From Planctomycetota bacterium (lineage in GTDB: Bacteria > Planctomycetota > PLA2 > JAEUHO01), in NCBI GenBank assembly GCA_050248855.1, contig JBFWRP010000017.1, forward strand, positions 1 through 64,000: DNA of 64,000 nt, read 5' to 3'. This document shows positions 42,332 through 51,688 of the stretch, piece after piece. The stretch's first letter is position 1. Each line of letters starts with the position of its first letter. The translations under genes were made by a program, and so were the position numbers. The notes under the pieces are model-generated. The model did no database searches and had not been told where the DNA came from. It worked only from the letters and a program-made list of their open reading frames with translations.

Positions 42332-43597
42332 TCAGGGAGCTCGAGGCCCCGAATCCGACGCGGACGCACCCTCGCGCTGGAGTCGTGCGAGGCGACGGTC
42401 CTCGCGTCGGCGTGCGTGGTGGCTTGGGGTCCGTACGTCGAACCAAGCGGGGCGGATGGCCGCCGTCGCCACGAACCAGACGTCGCGGTCCAGCCCTTCG
42501 AACGCGAGTCCCCCGAGGATGGGGTCGAGCGTGACGGGCATGGCCGGAATGCTCGTCCGGCTGCGCTCCCGCCCCTTCAGGACGAGTCCCCCGAACACGA
42601 GCGGCCTGCGGTCCTCCAGCGTGAGCTGCGTGCGGACCGCGCGCGTGCGCAGCTCGTAGGCGCCCGGCGGTGCGTCGCCGCGCTCGATGCGCACGGGAAG
42701 CTCCAGCACGAGCTGCAGGTCGATGGTGGCCCGGTCCGGCGCGATGTCCAGCGCGGTTGCCTTCAGCGTCAGGCCCGACGCCAAGGGGCCCACGGCGACC
42801 TGCGGGCCACCTGCGCTCGGCAGGCGGAACAAGAGCTGCGGGAGCAGGTTCTTGACCTGGAGCTCCGCAGGCCGCCCCTTCGTCAAGAGCAGGTGCGGGC
42901 GTGCCAGCCAGCGCCCTCGGCCGTCGGCGAGGAGGGCGCTGATCTCCATCTCCAGGAGACCGTGCAGCCAGTCGGGCTCGCCAAAGGCCGCCGACGTGCC
43001 TTCGAAGGGCCTGAGCCCGATCACGTCCTGGCGTAGAACGTCCTCGGGGCGGAAGTCCACGGTGTAGCCACGGAACAGGGTGGTCTGCGGCGTGGCGCCG
43101 AGGTCCTTGTCGAAGCGCAAGAAGGCGCCCTTCTGCCACTCTCCGGTGCGCGCGATCTCGCAGAGCGCAAGGCACAGGCGAACGGAGGGCTCCGGTCGAT
43201 CCAGGCGGTCGAGCCAGTCACGCGCCCGCTCCACGATCGGCCGCTCGCCGCGAAGCAGCAGTCGGCCCGGAGCCGACTGCGGACCCCGCTCCCCTGGACG
43301 CGGGTCGCGGACCACGCGGGGACTGACCAAGTCCACCGCAAGGCCTTCGAAGCCCACGGAGCGCAGGCCTTCGACCAGGTCTTCGGCGGTCCGGAACTCC
43401 GGCTGGACGAGGCTGAGGACGCCCTCCTCACGCCCGTCTCCGAACGGCCAGAGGCGACCATCGGGCTCGAGCGCAGCCTCTTCGGGCGGGTCGTGCGAGA
43501 CGCCCCGGCACGGCGGCGCCTCGGCGGGGCCTGCGTGCAGCGTCGGAGCCCCGCCCAGCAGGACGAGGGCACCCGCGAGGGCTGCGCGCAGGCGCAC
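42332..43597 (-). CDS. Secretin-family (GspD/PilQ-like) protein
   Basis: LLLRG...LDRLDRPEPSV...EI, ALLADGRGRWLARP.L, SGLTLK, RTQLTLEDRRPLVFGGL. Confidence 0.72.
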   Translation of the reverse strand: MRLRAALAGALVLLGGAPTLHAGPAEAPPCRGVSHDPPEEAALEPDGRLWPFGDGREEGVLSLVQPEFRTAEDLVEGLRSVGFEGLAVDLVSPRVVRDPRPGERGPQSAPGRLLLRGERPIVERARDWLDRLDRPEPSVRLCLALCEIARTGEWQKGAFLRFDKDLGATPQTTLFRGYTVDFRPEDVLRQDVIGLRPFEGTSAAFGEPDWLHGLLEMEISALLADGRGRWLARPHLLLTKGRPAELQVKNLLPQLLFRLPSAGGPQVAVGPLASGLTLKATALDIAPDRATIDLQLVLELPVRIERGDAPPGAYELRTRAVRTQLTLEDRRPLVFGGLVLKGRERSRTSIPAMPVTLDPILGGLAFEGLDRDVWFVATAAIRPAWFDVRTPSHHARRREDRRLARLQREGASASDSGPRAP

Positions 43598-43607
43598 GGG
43601 GCCCGGC

Positions 43608-44018
43608 TCAGGAGAGAGCGGCGATGGCCGCCTGCGTGCGGTCGGGGACGTCGGGCGCCTCCTCGCGCGCCTTCGACACGGTGCCCTGCTCGGCGACGAG
43701 GTCGTGGCCGCCATCGCGCGCCACGGCCTTGACGGCGTCGCTGAACTTCTTGGCCGCCTTCTTCATGAGGAAGTGGTACTGGACGTCGCGGTCGGTCAGA
43801 CCCTTCTCGAGGATCTCCCGGTACTCGGGAATCTGGCGGTAGACCGCGTCGGAGTCCACGTGACACGGGGACTGGAACAGGCGGGCGTTGCCCAGGTACA
43901 CGCGCGTGGCGTCCACGCAGCGGTAGTCACCGACCGTGGCCAGGGCAGGTGCGGCCGTGACCGCCACCAAGAGGACGACCAACCCCAGGATCCCCGCTCG
44001 CCGCGTGAGAACGTCCAT
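43608..44018 (-). CDS. Secreted OmpH/Skp-like small protein
   Basis: Signal peptide; VD.DAVYRQIPEY...AVKAVA..GGHDLV...PD.T. Confidence 0.55.
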   Translation of the reverse strand: MDVLTRRAGILGLVVLLVAVTAAPALATVGDYRCVDATRVYLGNARLFQSPCHVDSDAVYRQIPEYREILEKGLTDRDVQYHFLMKKAAKKFSDAVKAVARDGGHDLVAEQGTVSKAREEAPDVPDRTQAAIAALS

Positions 44019-44444
44019 CGCTGCTCCCCCGCTCCGCCTCGCCTGCGGAGCTGAACCGGTCAGGTCGCCACCCCGGGAAGTGCCGCTCCTGCCCGGGAAC
44101 GACGCCCCCTTGACTCGACGCGGACCGAGCCCCCCACACGGGGCAACCGAGCCGGGCGGAGACCCGGCCGATCGACCCCGACGTGTTCTCGATCCTTGAC
44201 CGCCAACGCAGGGCACAAAGCGCGTGCCCCAGGCCGCCCAGGGATGGACATCGGCCGCGATCGTGGCGGACTTTCGTCGATTCCCTGTTTTCAGGGCTTT
44301 CGAGGTATCGAGCGTGGCCCGTGCACACGCCTGCGAACACCTCGCTGACGGAATTCGGCCACATTCCGCCAGCCGCGCCAGATCGGGCGGTTCGGACACG
44401 CCGTTTCCAGGCCGCCCGGCAGCTTCACGCCTTGCCGGGACTCC

Positions 44445-44486
44445 AAAAAGACTCGGGGCGCCCGGCCGCAAGCGACCGAGCGCCCC
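44445..44486 (-). terminator. Intrinsic terminator
   Basis: Minus strand GGGGCGCUCGGUCGC-UU-GCGGCCGGGCGCCCC-GAGUCUUUUU. Confidence 0.7.
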
Positions 44487-44658
44487 AGGTTGGCGCGGCA
44501 TCCGGAGGACGTGGGGATTCGAGCCCGTCCGACCCGTTCCCGTTCGGCCTCACCCCGACGTCCACGTCGCCCCGCGCCTGCGCAAGCGCCTTGGGACGAC
44601 ACCGCCGGACCCGTTCCGGGCCGAGGCCGACCGGACCATCCGGTGCGTCACCTCGACC
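44445..44658 (-). ncRNA. Candidate ~210-nt structured sRNA (family unknown; 6S-like size)
   Basis: Lies between a TTGACA-N17-AACGAT promoter and the terminator; 5'/3' ends pair; internal 8-bp helices; no convincing ORF. Confidence 0.55.
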
Positions 44659-44664
44659 GGGGAG

Positions 44665-44693
44665 ATCGTTTCACAAACTAACTAGTTTGTCAA
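44665..44693 (-). promoter_or_regulatory. Sigma70 promoter overlapped by palindromic operator ACAAACTA-N2-TAGTTTGT
   Basis: TTGACA (44693-44688), 17-nt spacer, AACGAT; perfect 8-bp inverted repeat at 44673-44690. Confidence 0.65.
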
Positions 44694-44758
44694 TCGACAA
44701 AATCCGGAACTTTGCAAACCGGCTAGCCAACAGGTCCCGGAGGGCTACGATTCGGCAC

Positions 44759-45682
44759 GTGGCTCGGAAGATCTTCGCCAAGGCGTTGAGGCAGGCACGG
44801 CTGAAGGCCGGCCTCTCCCAGGCCGAGCTGGCGGCCAAGGTGGGCCTCACCGGCTCCTACATCAGCCAGCTCGAGTCGGGGCAGCGTCGACCGCTCATCC
44901 CGCGACGGGTGGAGGCCCTCTGCAAGGCCGTGGGCATCCCCAGCGGCCCGTTGCAGGAGGCCGCGGCCATGGAGCGCTCCTCCCCCACGATCCGCAAGAA
45001 GCTCGAGGGCTTGGACCGCGAGCGCGCCAAGGTGCGTCGCGTTCGGGACCGCCTCCTCGTCGCGGCGCTGCACGAGGCGGCGCTGCACGGCGTCGGACAC
45101 GACGACCTCGAGGCGTCCGGGGACCTCGAGCCCGAGGTGCGTCGGCACCTGCTGGTCGCCGCGCATCGCGCCAAGGGCCTGGGCGACGTACGGCGCGCGG
45201 AGGAAGAAGCGCCGCGCATCCTCGAGGGCACGGTCGGCAAGCAGCGCGACGCGATGCTGCGCGCGCTCCCACGCGTCCTCGAGACGCTGCGCGCACGCCG
45301 CCGCGCGGGCCCCGCCGACGCCGCGGCGGGCCCGCTGCTGGCCATCCGTCGGGGCCTGGACGCACGCAGCGGCGAGATCGGACGTCGCGTCGTGGACCCG
45401 GGCGACGGGGTGGGACCCGATGCGTGGTTCGTCGTGGCCGACGACGACGATGCGCATCCGCGCGTGGAGGCGGGGGACCTGCTGCTCGTCGACCCGGCCC
45501 TCGACCCCGAGACCGGGGACCTCGTCGTGCTGCTCCACGAGGGCCGCGTGCGGGTGCGTCGCTACATGCCGCAGGGCAGCGCGGTGCGCCTCGAGGCGCT
45601 GCGGCCCGACGTGCCACCGATCCGTCCCGCGACGGGCGCCACGCTCGTGGTCGTCCGCCGCATCGAACGCGCCTTGCGCTAG
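44759..45682 (+). CDS. XRE HTH plus S24-like (LexA/cI-type) transcriptional regulator
   Basis: LRQARLKAGLSQAELA...SYISQLESG; C-terminal P.VEAGDLLLVDP...GDLVV...VRLEA. TACGAT just upstream suggests a leaderless start. Confidence 0.85.
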   Translation: MARKIFAKALRQARLKAGLSQAELAAKVGLTGSYISQLESGQRRPLIPRRVEALCKAVGIPSGPLQEAAAMERSSPTIRKKLEGLDRERAKVRRVRDRLLVAALHEAALHGVGHDDLEASGDLEPEVRRHLLVAAHRAKGLGDVRRAEEEAPRILEGTVGKQRDAMLRALPRVLETLRARRRAGPADAAAGPLLAIRRGLDARSGEIGRRVVDPGDGVGPDAWFVVADDDDAHPRVEAGDLLLVDPALDPETGDLVVLLHEGRVRVRRYMPQGSAVRLEALRPDVPPIRPATGATLVVVRRIERALR

Positions 45683-45688
45683 CGTCTC

Positions 45689-47098
45689 TCAGCGATTGGC
45701 CGAGAGCCAATGCAGCCACCCTTCCGCCTGCATCCGCCCCTGCTCGTCGGTGGGACGGGCAAGCTGCAGGAAGCGCGTCAGGTGGCCGCGTGCACGCGCG
45801 GTGTCCCGCAGGCCCTGCGGCGTGGCCGGGTCCGCGAGCAGCATGCCGAGCGCCAAGTGCGCCTCGGCCAGGTTGTCGTCGAGGCGCAGCGCATGTTCGT
45901 AGCCGCGCCGCTCCGATGCGATGTCGCCACCCAGGCGCCGCCGCATCATGGCGTAGTTGTAGGCGGCTTCCGCGTCCCAGGGCGCCAGCCGGTTCGCCTC
46001 GCGGAACGAAGCCATCGCGGCTTCGGCCTGCCCGCGCGCCGCCAGCAGCACTCCCAGGTTGTAGTGCGCACGGTGGAAGCGCGGGGCGTCGCGCAGGAGA
46101 TCGCGGAAGGCGCTCTCGGCGATGTCCAGCTCGCCGCGGTGCACGTGGACGATGCCGACATTGTTGCGGGCCACGAGCAACGCGCCGTCGAGCATGAGCG
46201 CTTCGCCGAGGTGCAGCAGCGCCTCGCGGTCCAGCCCCAGCTGGTCCTCGACGACGGCCAGGTTGTTGAGCAGCGCGACGTCGCGCGGCAGGTAGGCCAG
46301 CGCCTGCAGGTAGAGATCCCGCGCCGCCTCGAGCTCGCCGTTCCTCGCGTGGCGGCCGGCCCGCACCACGAGCGGGCGGGCCTTGGCCTCGGCCGTGGCC
46401 CCGGGCACCGCCGCTTCCGCCTCCGCAGCGGCCAGGTGCGCGTCCTCGTCGGCCACGGCCTCGCGCAAGAGCGCGAGGTTCATCCGGGCACCCTCGAAGC
46501 CCGGGTCGAAGCCGACCGCTTCGCGGAACGCATTGGCGGCCGCACGCAGCTTGCCCCGGCGCCACGCCACCGCGCCGAGGTTGCTGCGTGCCCGCGCGTG
46601 CCGCGGGTCGTTGGACAGCGCCTGGCGGTACTCACCGACGGCCTCGACCGTACGACCCATGCGCTCGAGCGCCGCGCCGCGGTTGTTGCGCGCGTCCGCG
46701 TAGCCGGGGTCCATGCGCAGGGCGTCTTCGAAGCGCGCCAAGGCTTCTTCGACTCGACCGAGCTTGAGCAGCATCGCCCCGGAGTTGTTCGCCGCCACGG
46801 CGCTGCCGGGGTCCAGGGCCAGCGACCGGTCGTAGGCATCGAGCGCCTCCGACGTACGCGTCGCCTGGGACAGCACGTAGCCGCGCACGCGCCAGGCGAG
46901 CGCATCGCCCGGGGCACCGTCGACGACTTCCTGGCTGAGCGCGAGGGCGCGGTCGTGCTCACCGCGGCCCGCGGCTCGGCAGGCTTCGGCGGCAAGATCG
47001 CGGCGCATCTCGGCGGTCGCGAGTCGGGGTACGGCAAGCGCCGCGAGGAGGACGGCCAGCGCCACCCCGCGACGCGCGGGCAGGGGGGGCGCGCGCAT
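45689..47098 (-). CDS. Secreted tetratricopeptide repeat protein
   Basis: Multiple TPRs (AANNSG, ARNNRG, ARSNLG, AHYNLG, AHLALG). Confidence 0.88.
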   Translation of the reverse strand: MRAPPLPARRGVALAVLLAALAVPRLATAEMRRDLAAEACRAAGRGEHDRALALSQEVVDGAPGDALAWRVRGYVLSQATRTSEALDAYDRSLALDPGSAVAANNSGAMLLKLGRVEEALARFEDALRMDPGYADARNNRGAALERMGRTVEAVGEYRQALSNDPRHARARSNLGAVAWRRGKLRAAANAFREAVGFDPGFEGARMNLALLREAVADEDAHLAAAEAEAAVPGATAEAKARPLVVRAGRHARNGELEAARDLYLQALAYLPRDVALLNNLAVVEDQLGLDREALLHLGEALMLDGALLVARNNVGIVHVHRGELDIAESAFRDLLRDAPRFHRAHYNLGVLLAARGQAEAAMASFREANRLAPWDAEAAYNYAMMRRRLGGDIASERRGYEHALRLDDNLAEAHLALGMLLADPATPQGLRDTARARGHLTRFLQLARPTDEQGRMQAEGWLHWLSANR

Positions 47099-47172
47099 CG
47101 ACCCAAGGGTGCCCCGGGATCGAGGGAGCGGGAAGGATCCCTTCCCGAGCCAGGCCGGCGGCCCGACCCGGC

Positions 47173-47925
47173 CTACTCGGCCAGCGCCTCGACGACCTGC
47201 TCTAGGCGCGCGCGGGCGGCGTCGACGACGCGCTCGATCGCGCCGCCGCCCCCAGGAGCCGGCCACGTGACCTCGAGGGCCTCCGCCGTGCCCGCATGCC
47301 GCGCGAAGAAGGCCTGCGTCAGGCGCGCGTGCTCGCGGCGCCTGGCCTCCTCGGGGACGCCCGTGCCCAGATCCTCGATGTCGGCGCGCCAAGCGGCAAG
47401 CGCAAGATGCGCCGCCTGGATGCCCAGCTGGACCCGCCGATCGCCGCCGCAGGCCGCACAGGCCCCGCCCCCGCCGCAGAGGCGGCAGCTCGTCTCGGGT
47501 TCGCCCTCGGCGCCGGGCTCGATGCCGCGCCCCCCACACCAGCCGCAGCGTCCGCGGCCGAGGCTGGCGAGGTACGCGTGGCCGCTCTCCTTGCTGACAC
47601 CCAGCTTGTCGGCCACACGCTGGCTGGCGACGTCGTCGCCCAGCGCCCGGATGCGCTCGTGGACGTGCTCTGCTTCGAGCGTGCCCAGGTCGTGCCGGCA
47701 GAGCGGGCAGGCGTCGTTGTCGGCAATGACCCAGTCGAAGGAGGTGGAACAAGCCGCGCAGCGCGAGCTGTACGGGGCCACCTCGCTGCGGCAGGCGGGG
47801 CAGTGGGGCTTCGCACGGCTCCACACGACGTTGGGACGGTCGATCGCCAACAGCGAGATGGCGATCAGCACGGCCACGACGGCCAGCGTCACCACCCACC
47901 AGCGAGACTCCGGTCGGATGCCCAT
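47173..47925 (-). CDS. Membrane-anchored Cys-rich zinc-finger protein
   Basis: TM, then CPAC, CAAC, CPLC, CGWCGGRG, CRLCGGGG, CAACGG. Confidence 0.7.
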   Translation of the reverse strand: MGIRPESRWWVVTLAVVAVLIAISLLAIDRPNVVWSRAKPHCPACRSEVAPYSSRCAACSTSFDWVIADNDACPLCRHDLGTLEAEHVHERIRALGDDVASQRVADKLGVSKESGHAYLASLGRGRCGWCGGRGIEPGAEGEPETSCRLCGGGGACAACGGDRRVQLGIQAAHLALAAWRADIEDLGTGVPEEARRREHARLTQAFFARHAGTAEALEVTWPAPGGGGAIERVVDAARARLEQVVEALAE

Positions 47926-47961
47926 GCGCCTCCCCTGCGCCAAAGACGCAGCGCGGACAAC

Positions 47962-49566
47962 CTACCCGCGCCGCGCGAGGGGGCGGACTCCGGTCGGGGC
48001 CCCATGGGCGCCCCCGCCAGGCGTCTCGATGCGCACGACGTCACCGGGCTCCAGCCGCACGACACCGCGGGCGGGAAGCCTCCTGCGGCGACCCCCGCGC
48101 ACCACGACGATGCGACCCGGGGCGCCGGGCGCGCCGCCCGCGACGCCCGGAGGAGGCGTGACGTGCCGTGTCATCAGGAACGAGGCGCGTGCGGGCACGA
48201 GGAGCTCGATCTCGCGCACCAGGCCGGCGCCTCCCGCGGCGAGGCCGCGCGCACGGGCTCCGCGCCGCGTCCCGTGGCGGCGGACGCGCACGGGCCAGCG
48301 CCGCTCCAGAGTCTCCGCGGGTGTGGCCAGCGTGTTGGTCATGTGCTGCTGGATCGCATCGGGCCCCGCGCCCCGCGGCCCGCCCCCGGCGCCGCCGGGC
48401 AGCGTCTCGTAGTAGACGGGGAACGTCGGTCCATCGGGCACGGGCCCGAACGTCCAGTTCGACATGCTGCCCGAGCCCGGCGCGGGGATGCGACCTGGCC
48501 AGCACGCTGCCGCGGCGAGCCACAGCGCGTCCACGATGCGCTGGCTCGTCTCGACGTTGCCGCCGGCCACGGGCTGCGGAGACGGCGCGTCGAGCAGCGA
48601 GCCGGCGGGCACCGCCAGCCGCACCGCCTGCAGCAGCCCACCGTTGGGCGGCGTGTGGGGCGGTGCCAAGCAGGCGAGCAGGTAGTAGACGGCGCTCTCC
48701 GTGACGGCACGCGGCGCGTTGAGACCGTCGCCCACGGGTCCCGTCGTGCCCGCGAAGTCCACCGCCAAGCGCCCACCGCGCTTCGTCATGGCCAGCCGGA
48801 TCCTGGCCGGCCGTCCTCGCCGGTCGTCCGCGTCCAACCCGACCTCGACGGTCGTCGAGGCATCGGGCAAGGCACGGAGCGCCTGCTCGACCATGCGCCG
48901 CGCGTACGCGACGAGATCGGCGCCTTCGCGCAAGAGCGCCCCGGCACCGCCGCGCGAGGCCGCCATCTCGTGGAGCCGCGCCTCGCCGCGCGCGAGGCTG
49001 CCCGCCTGGGCCCGCAGGTCCGCTTCGCGTTCGTCGGCGTGGCGCACGTTGGCGAAGAACAGCGTGGCGAACACGGGATCCAGCTCGTCGCCCCGCACGG
49101 CAACCAACGGGGGGATGCGCACGCCCTCGGCGTGAACGTCGTCCTGCGGCGCCATGGAGCCCGGTACCGCGCCCCCGACATCGGCGTGGTGCGCGCGCAC
49201 GGCGAGGAAGCCACAAGGCCGCTTCCGTCCCCGCTCGAAGACGCCGCGCACGAGCGTGAGGTCGGGCAGGTGCGAGCCGCCCGTGTAGGGGTCGTTGACG
49301 ATCGCCGCCTCGCCGGGGGCCAGGTCGAGCCGGGCCCGCACGGCATCGACGCTGCGTGGCATGGCCCCGAGGTGGACGGGAATGTGGGCGGCGTGCGCCA
49401 GGAGCCGCCCCTCGGCGTCGAAGAGCGCCGCGCTCAGGTCGCGACGTTCCTTGATGTTGGGCGAGACGGCGGTGCGCCGGCACGTGATGGCGACTTCCTC
49501 CGTGACGCTCTCGAGCAGGTCGCGCAGCACGGCGAGCCGCACGGGGTCGAAGCGGTCGCGGCTCAT
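47962..49566 (-). CDS. Hydantoinase B/oxoprolinase family protein
   Basis: SPNIKERRD.S, HIPVHLG, NDPYTGGSHLPD, HHADVGG, GNVETSQR, HMTNT..TP.E, TPGGG. Confidence 0.93.
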   Translation of the reverse strand: MSRDRFDPVRLAVLRDLLESVTEEVAITCRRTAVSPNIKERRDLSAALFDAEGRLLAHAAHIPVHLGAMPRSVDAVRARLDLAPGEAAIVNDPYTGGSHLPDLTLVRGVFERGRKRPCGFLAVRAHHADVGGAVPGSMAPQDDVHAEGVRIPPLVAVRGDELDPVFATLFFANVRHADEREADLRAQAGSLARGEARLHEMAASRGGAGALLREGADLVAYARRMVEQALRALPDASTTVEVGLDADDRRGRPARIRLAMTKRGGRLAVDFAGTTGPVGDGLNAPRAVTESAVYYLLACLAPPHTPPNGGLLQAVRLAVPAGSLLDAPSPQPVAGGNVETSQRIVDALWLAAAACWPGRIPAPGSGSMSNWTFGPVPDGPTFPVYYETLPGGAGGGPRGAGPDAIQQHMTNTLATPAETLERRWPVRVRRHGTRRGARARGLAAGGAGLVREIELLVPARASFLMTRHVTPPPGVAGGAPGAPGRIVVVRGGRRRRLPARGVVRLEPGDVVRIETPGGGAHGAPTGVRPLARRG

Positions 49567-51530
49567 CGCGTGCTCCCCCTCGCCCGCGCGAGGTCGAGGT
49601 GCAGCACGCCGCGCGCGTCGACGCGTGCTTGGCAACCTGCGGGGACCCACGTGGTGGCGGTGGCCTCCTCGATGCGCGCGGGTCCGACGACGCGCGCGCC
49701 GGGCCGCAAGTCGTCGCGCACGAACACCTCGACGCCGACCGCGTCGTGCGGGCCGCGCACGCGGCGCGCACGGGGCTCCGCCAAGGCGCGGGTTCGCCGG
49801 CGCCGTTCCCCGGCCATCGCCCGTGCCCGCAGCCGAAGGACTTCGAGGGGACGGTCGGAGAGGTCGAAACCGAACTCGGCGCGATGGCGGGCCCGGGCGC
49901 GTGCTTCGACACCCGGCCCGAAGCGCACGACGACGCCGTGCTCCTGACCCACGTGGCGCACCTCGGCGTCGACGACGACGCGGACGGGGCCACCGACACG
50001 CCCAAGTCGCCTGCGCGCCCGCTCCCCCAACGCCTTCGCGCGAGCCGCCAAGCGCGTCGCCGAGCGCACGCCGGCCACGTCATCCTCGACGTCCGCGACC
50101 CGCGGGGCCAGGAGCGTCCCGGCTGCGGCGAACGTGCCCGGCGCCGGCGGCACGACGACATGACGCAGCCCCAAGGCCCGCGCCGCCTCGGCGCCCAGCA
50201 CGGGCCCTGCCCCGCCGAAGGCCACCAGCGCGGCGTCTCGCGGGTCACGCCCCTCGCGGGCCGACACGGCGCGCAGGGCCCGCGCCGTGGCGCCCGCCGC
50301 CACGCACACGGCGCCGCGACAGAGCGCCTCCAGCGACAGACCGGCCCGGCGGGCCACTTTATGGGCGGCCTCGAGCGCCGCGTCACGGTCGAGCGCGACG
50401 TCCCCGCCAGCGAGCGAAGCCGGCACGTGACCCGACAGCAGCCAGGCGTCCGTCAGGGTGAACGGCCCGCCGCGACCGTAGGCGGCCGGCCCGGGAGCCG
50501 CTCCCGCGCTGTCGGGGCCCACGGCGAGGGCGCCGCCCGGGTCGAGGTCCACGAGGCTCCCGCCGCCTGCCCCGACCGTGCGGATGCCGAGCGACGCGAC
50601 GCCGGCGCGCCACGGGCCGACGTGCAGGCCGTCACCGGCGGCGGGCACGCCGTCCTCGATCCACACGACGTCCGTGCTGGTGCCCCCGACGTCGAAGCCG
50701 ATGGCGTGCGGCAGGCCCAGGTCGCGCGCGAGGGCCGCCGCCGCAACGGCACCCGCTGCGGGGCCGGACACGAGCGTGCGCACCGGCTCTCGGCGCACGT
50801 CGGCCACATCCATGCGCCCTCCGTCGCTCCTCAGGATCGTGAGCCCACGAACGAGGGGACCCAGGGCCTCCAGCCGATCCACGTAGGTGCCAAGCAGCGG
50901 CGCGACGAAGGCGTCGAGGATCGCGGTGATCGAACGTTCGACCTCGCGCGGCTCGGCGGAGAGCCGCGCCCCGGACGACACGGGGACGCCGAGTGCACGC
51001 AAGGCCCGGGCGACGGCGGCTTCGTGCCGCGGCTCCCGCGTGGCGTGGAGCAGCGTCACGGCGATGGCCTCCGGGCGGGCGCGGGCCACGCGGGCCACGA
51101 GGGCTTCGAGCGCCTCCGGCGTGATCGCCTCGAGCTCGCTGCCATCGGCCGCCAAGCGGCCCGGAGCCTCGAACACGTGGCGGGCTGCCACCAGCGGCCG
51201 CTCCCGGCCGGGCTGCAGCTGGAACAGCTCGGCCCGCTCGCCGCGGCCCAGCAGCGGAGCCTCGGCGTGGCCCGCCGTGCCCACGAAGGCGACGCGCGCG
51301 CCCCGGCGCGTCAGCACGGCATTGGTACCCACGGTGGTCCCGTGGCGGACGTCGGCGGTCCGTCCCGCGGGCACGCCAGCCCGAGCCAGCGCCTCGCCAA
51401 ACGCCTTGGCGGGGTCCTCCGGCGTGCTCGGCACCTTGGCATGGAGGCATCGCCCGCCCACCTCCACGACCAGATCGGTGAAGGTTCCCCCCGTGTCGAT
51501 GCCGATACGGAGGGGGGCACGCGCTGCCAT
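49563..51530 (-). CDS. Hydantoinase A/oxoprolinase family protein
   Basis: GIDTGGTFTD, HGTTVGTNA, SGPAAG, DVGGTSTD, GAGGGS, SAGA.PGP, AFGGAG. Confidence 0.93.
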   Translation of the reverse strand: MAARAPLRIGIDTGGTFTDLVVEVGGRCLHAKVPSTPEDPAKAFGEALARAGVPAGRTADVRHGTTVGTNAVLTRRGARVAFVGTAGHAEAPLLGRGERAELFQLQPGRERPLVAARHVFEAPGRLAADGSELEAITPEALEALVARVARARPEAIAVTLLHATREPRHEAAVARALRALGVPVSSGARLSAEPREVERSITAILDAFVAPLLGTYVDRLEALGPLVRGLTILRSDGGRMDVADVRREPVRTLVSGPAAGAVAAAALARDLGLPHAIGFDVGGTSTDVVWIEDGVPAAGDGLHVGPWRAGVASLGIRTVGAGGGSLVDLDPGGALAVGPDSAGAAPGPAAYGRGGPFTLTDAWLLSGHVPASLAGGDVALDRDAALEAAHKVARRAGLSLEALCRGAVCVAAGATARALRAVSAREGRDPRDAALVAFGGAGPVLGAEAARALGLRHVVVPPAPGTFAAAGTLLAPRVADVEDDVAGVRSATRLAARAKALGERARRRLGRVGGPVRVVVDAEVRHVGQEHGVVVRFGPGVEARARARHRAEFGFDLSDRPLEVLRLRARAMAGERRRRTRALAEPRARRVRGPHDAVGVEVFVRDDLRPGARVVGPARIEEATATTWVPAGCQARVDARGVLHLDLARARGSTR

Positions 51531-51688
51531 CGCGTCATTCCACCCGGGCCTGACCCGTGAGGCCATGACCCGCCGGGAGCGTGTGCCGCCCCGTCCGTAC
51601 GCCTGCCGTTTGCACCGGCATCGCTTCCCGGAACCGCCAACCGTTCGCGGCGGCGGTATCCTGCCGGGTCGCATCCGCGGAGTCCCCC

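Noticed and set aside
44759..45682. Prophage repressor marking a prophage
   Set aside because: No integrase, structural or replication phage genes in the window.
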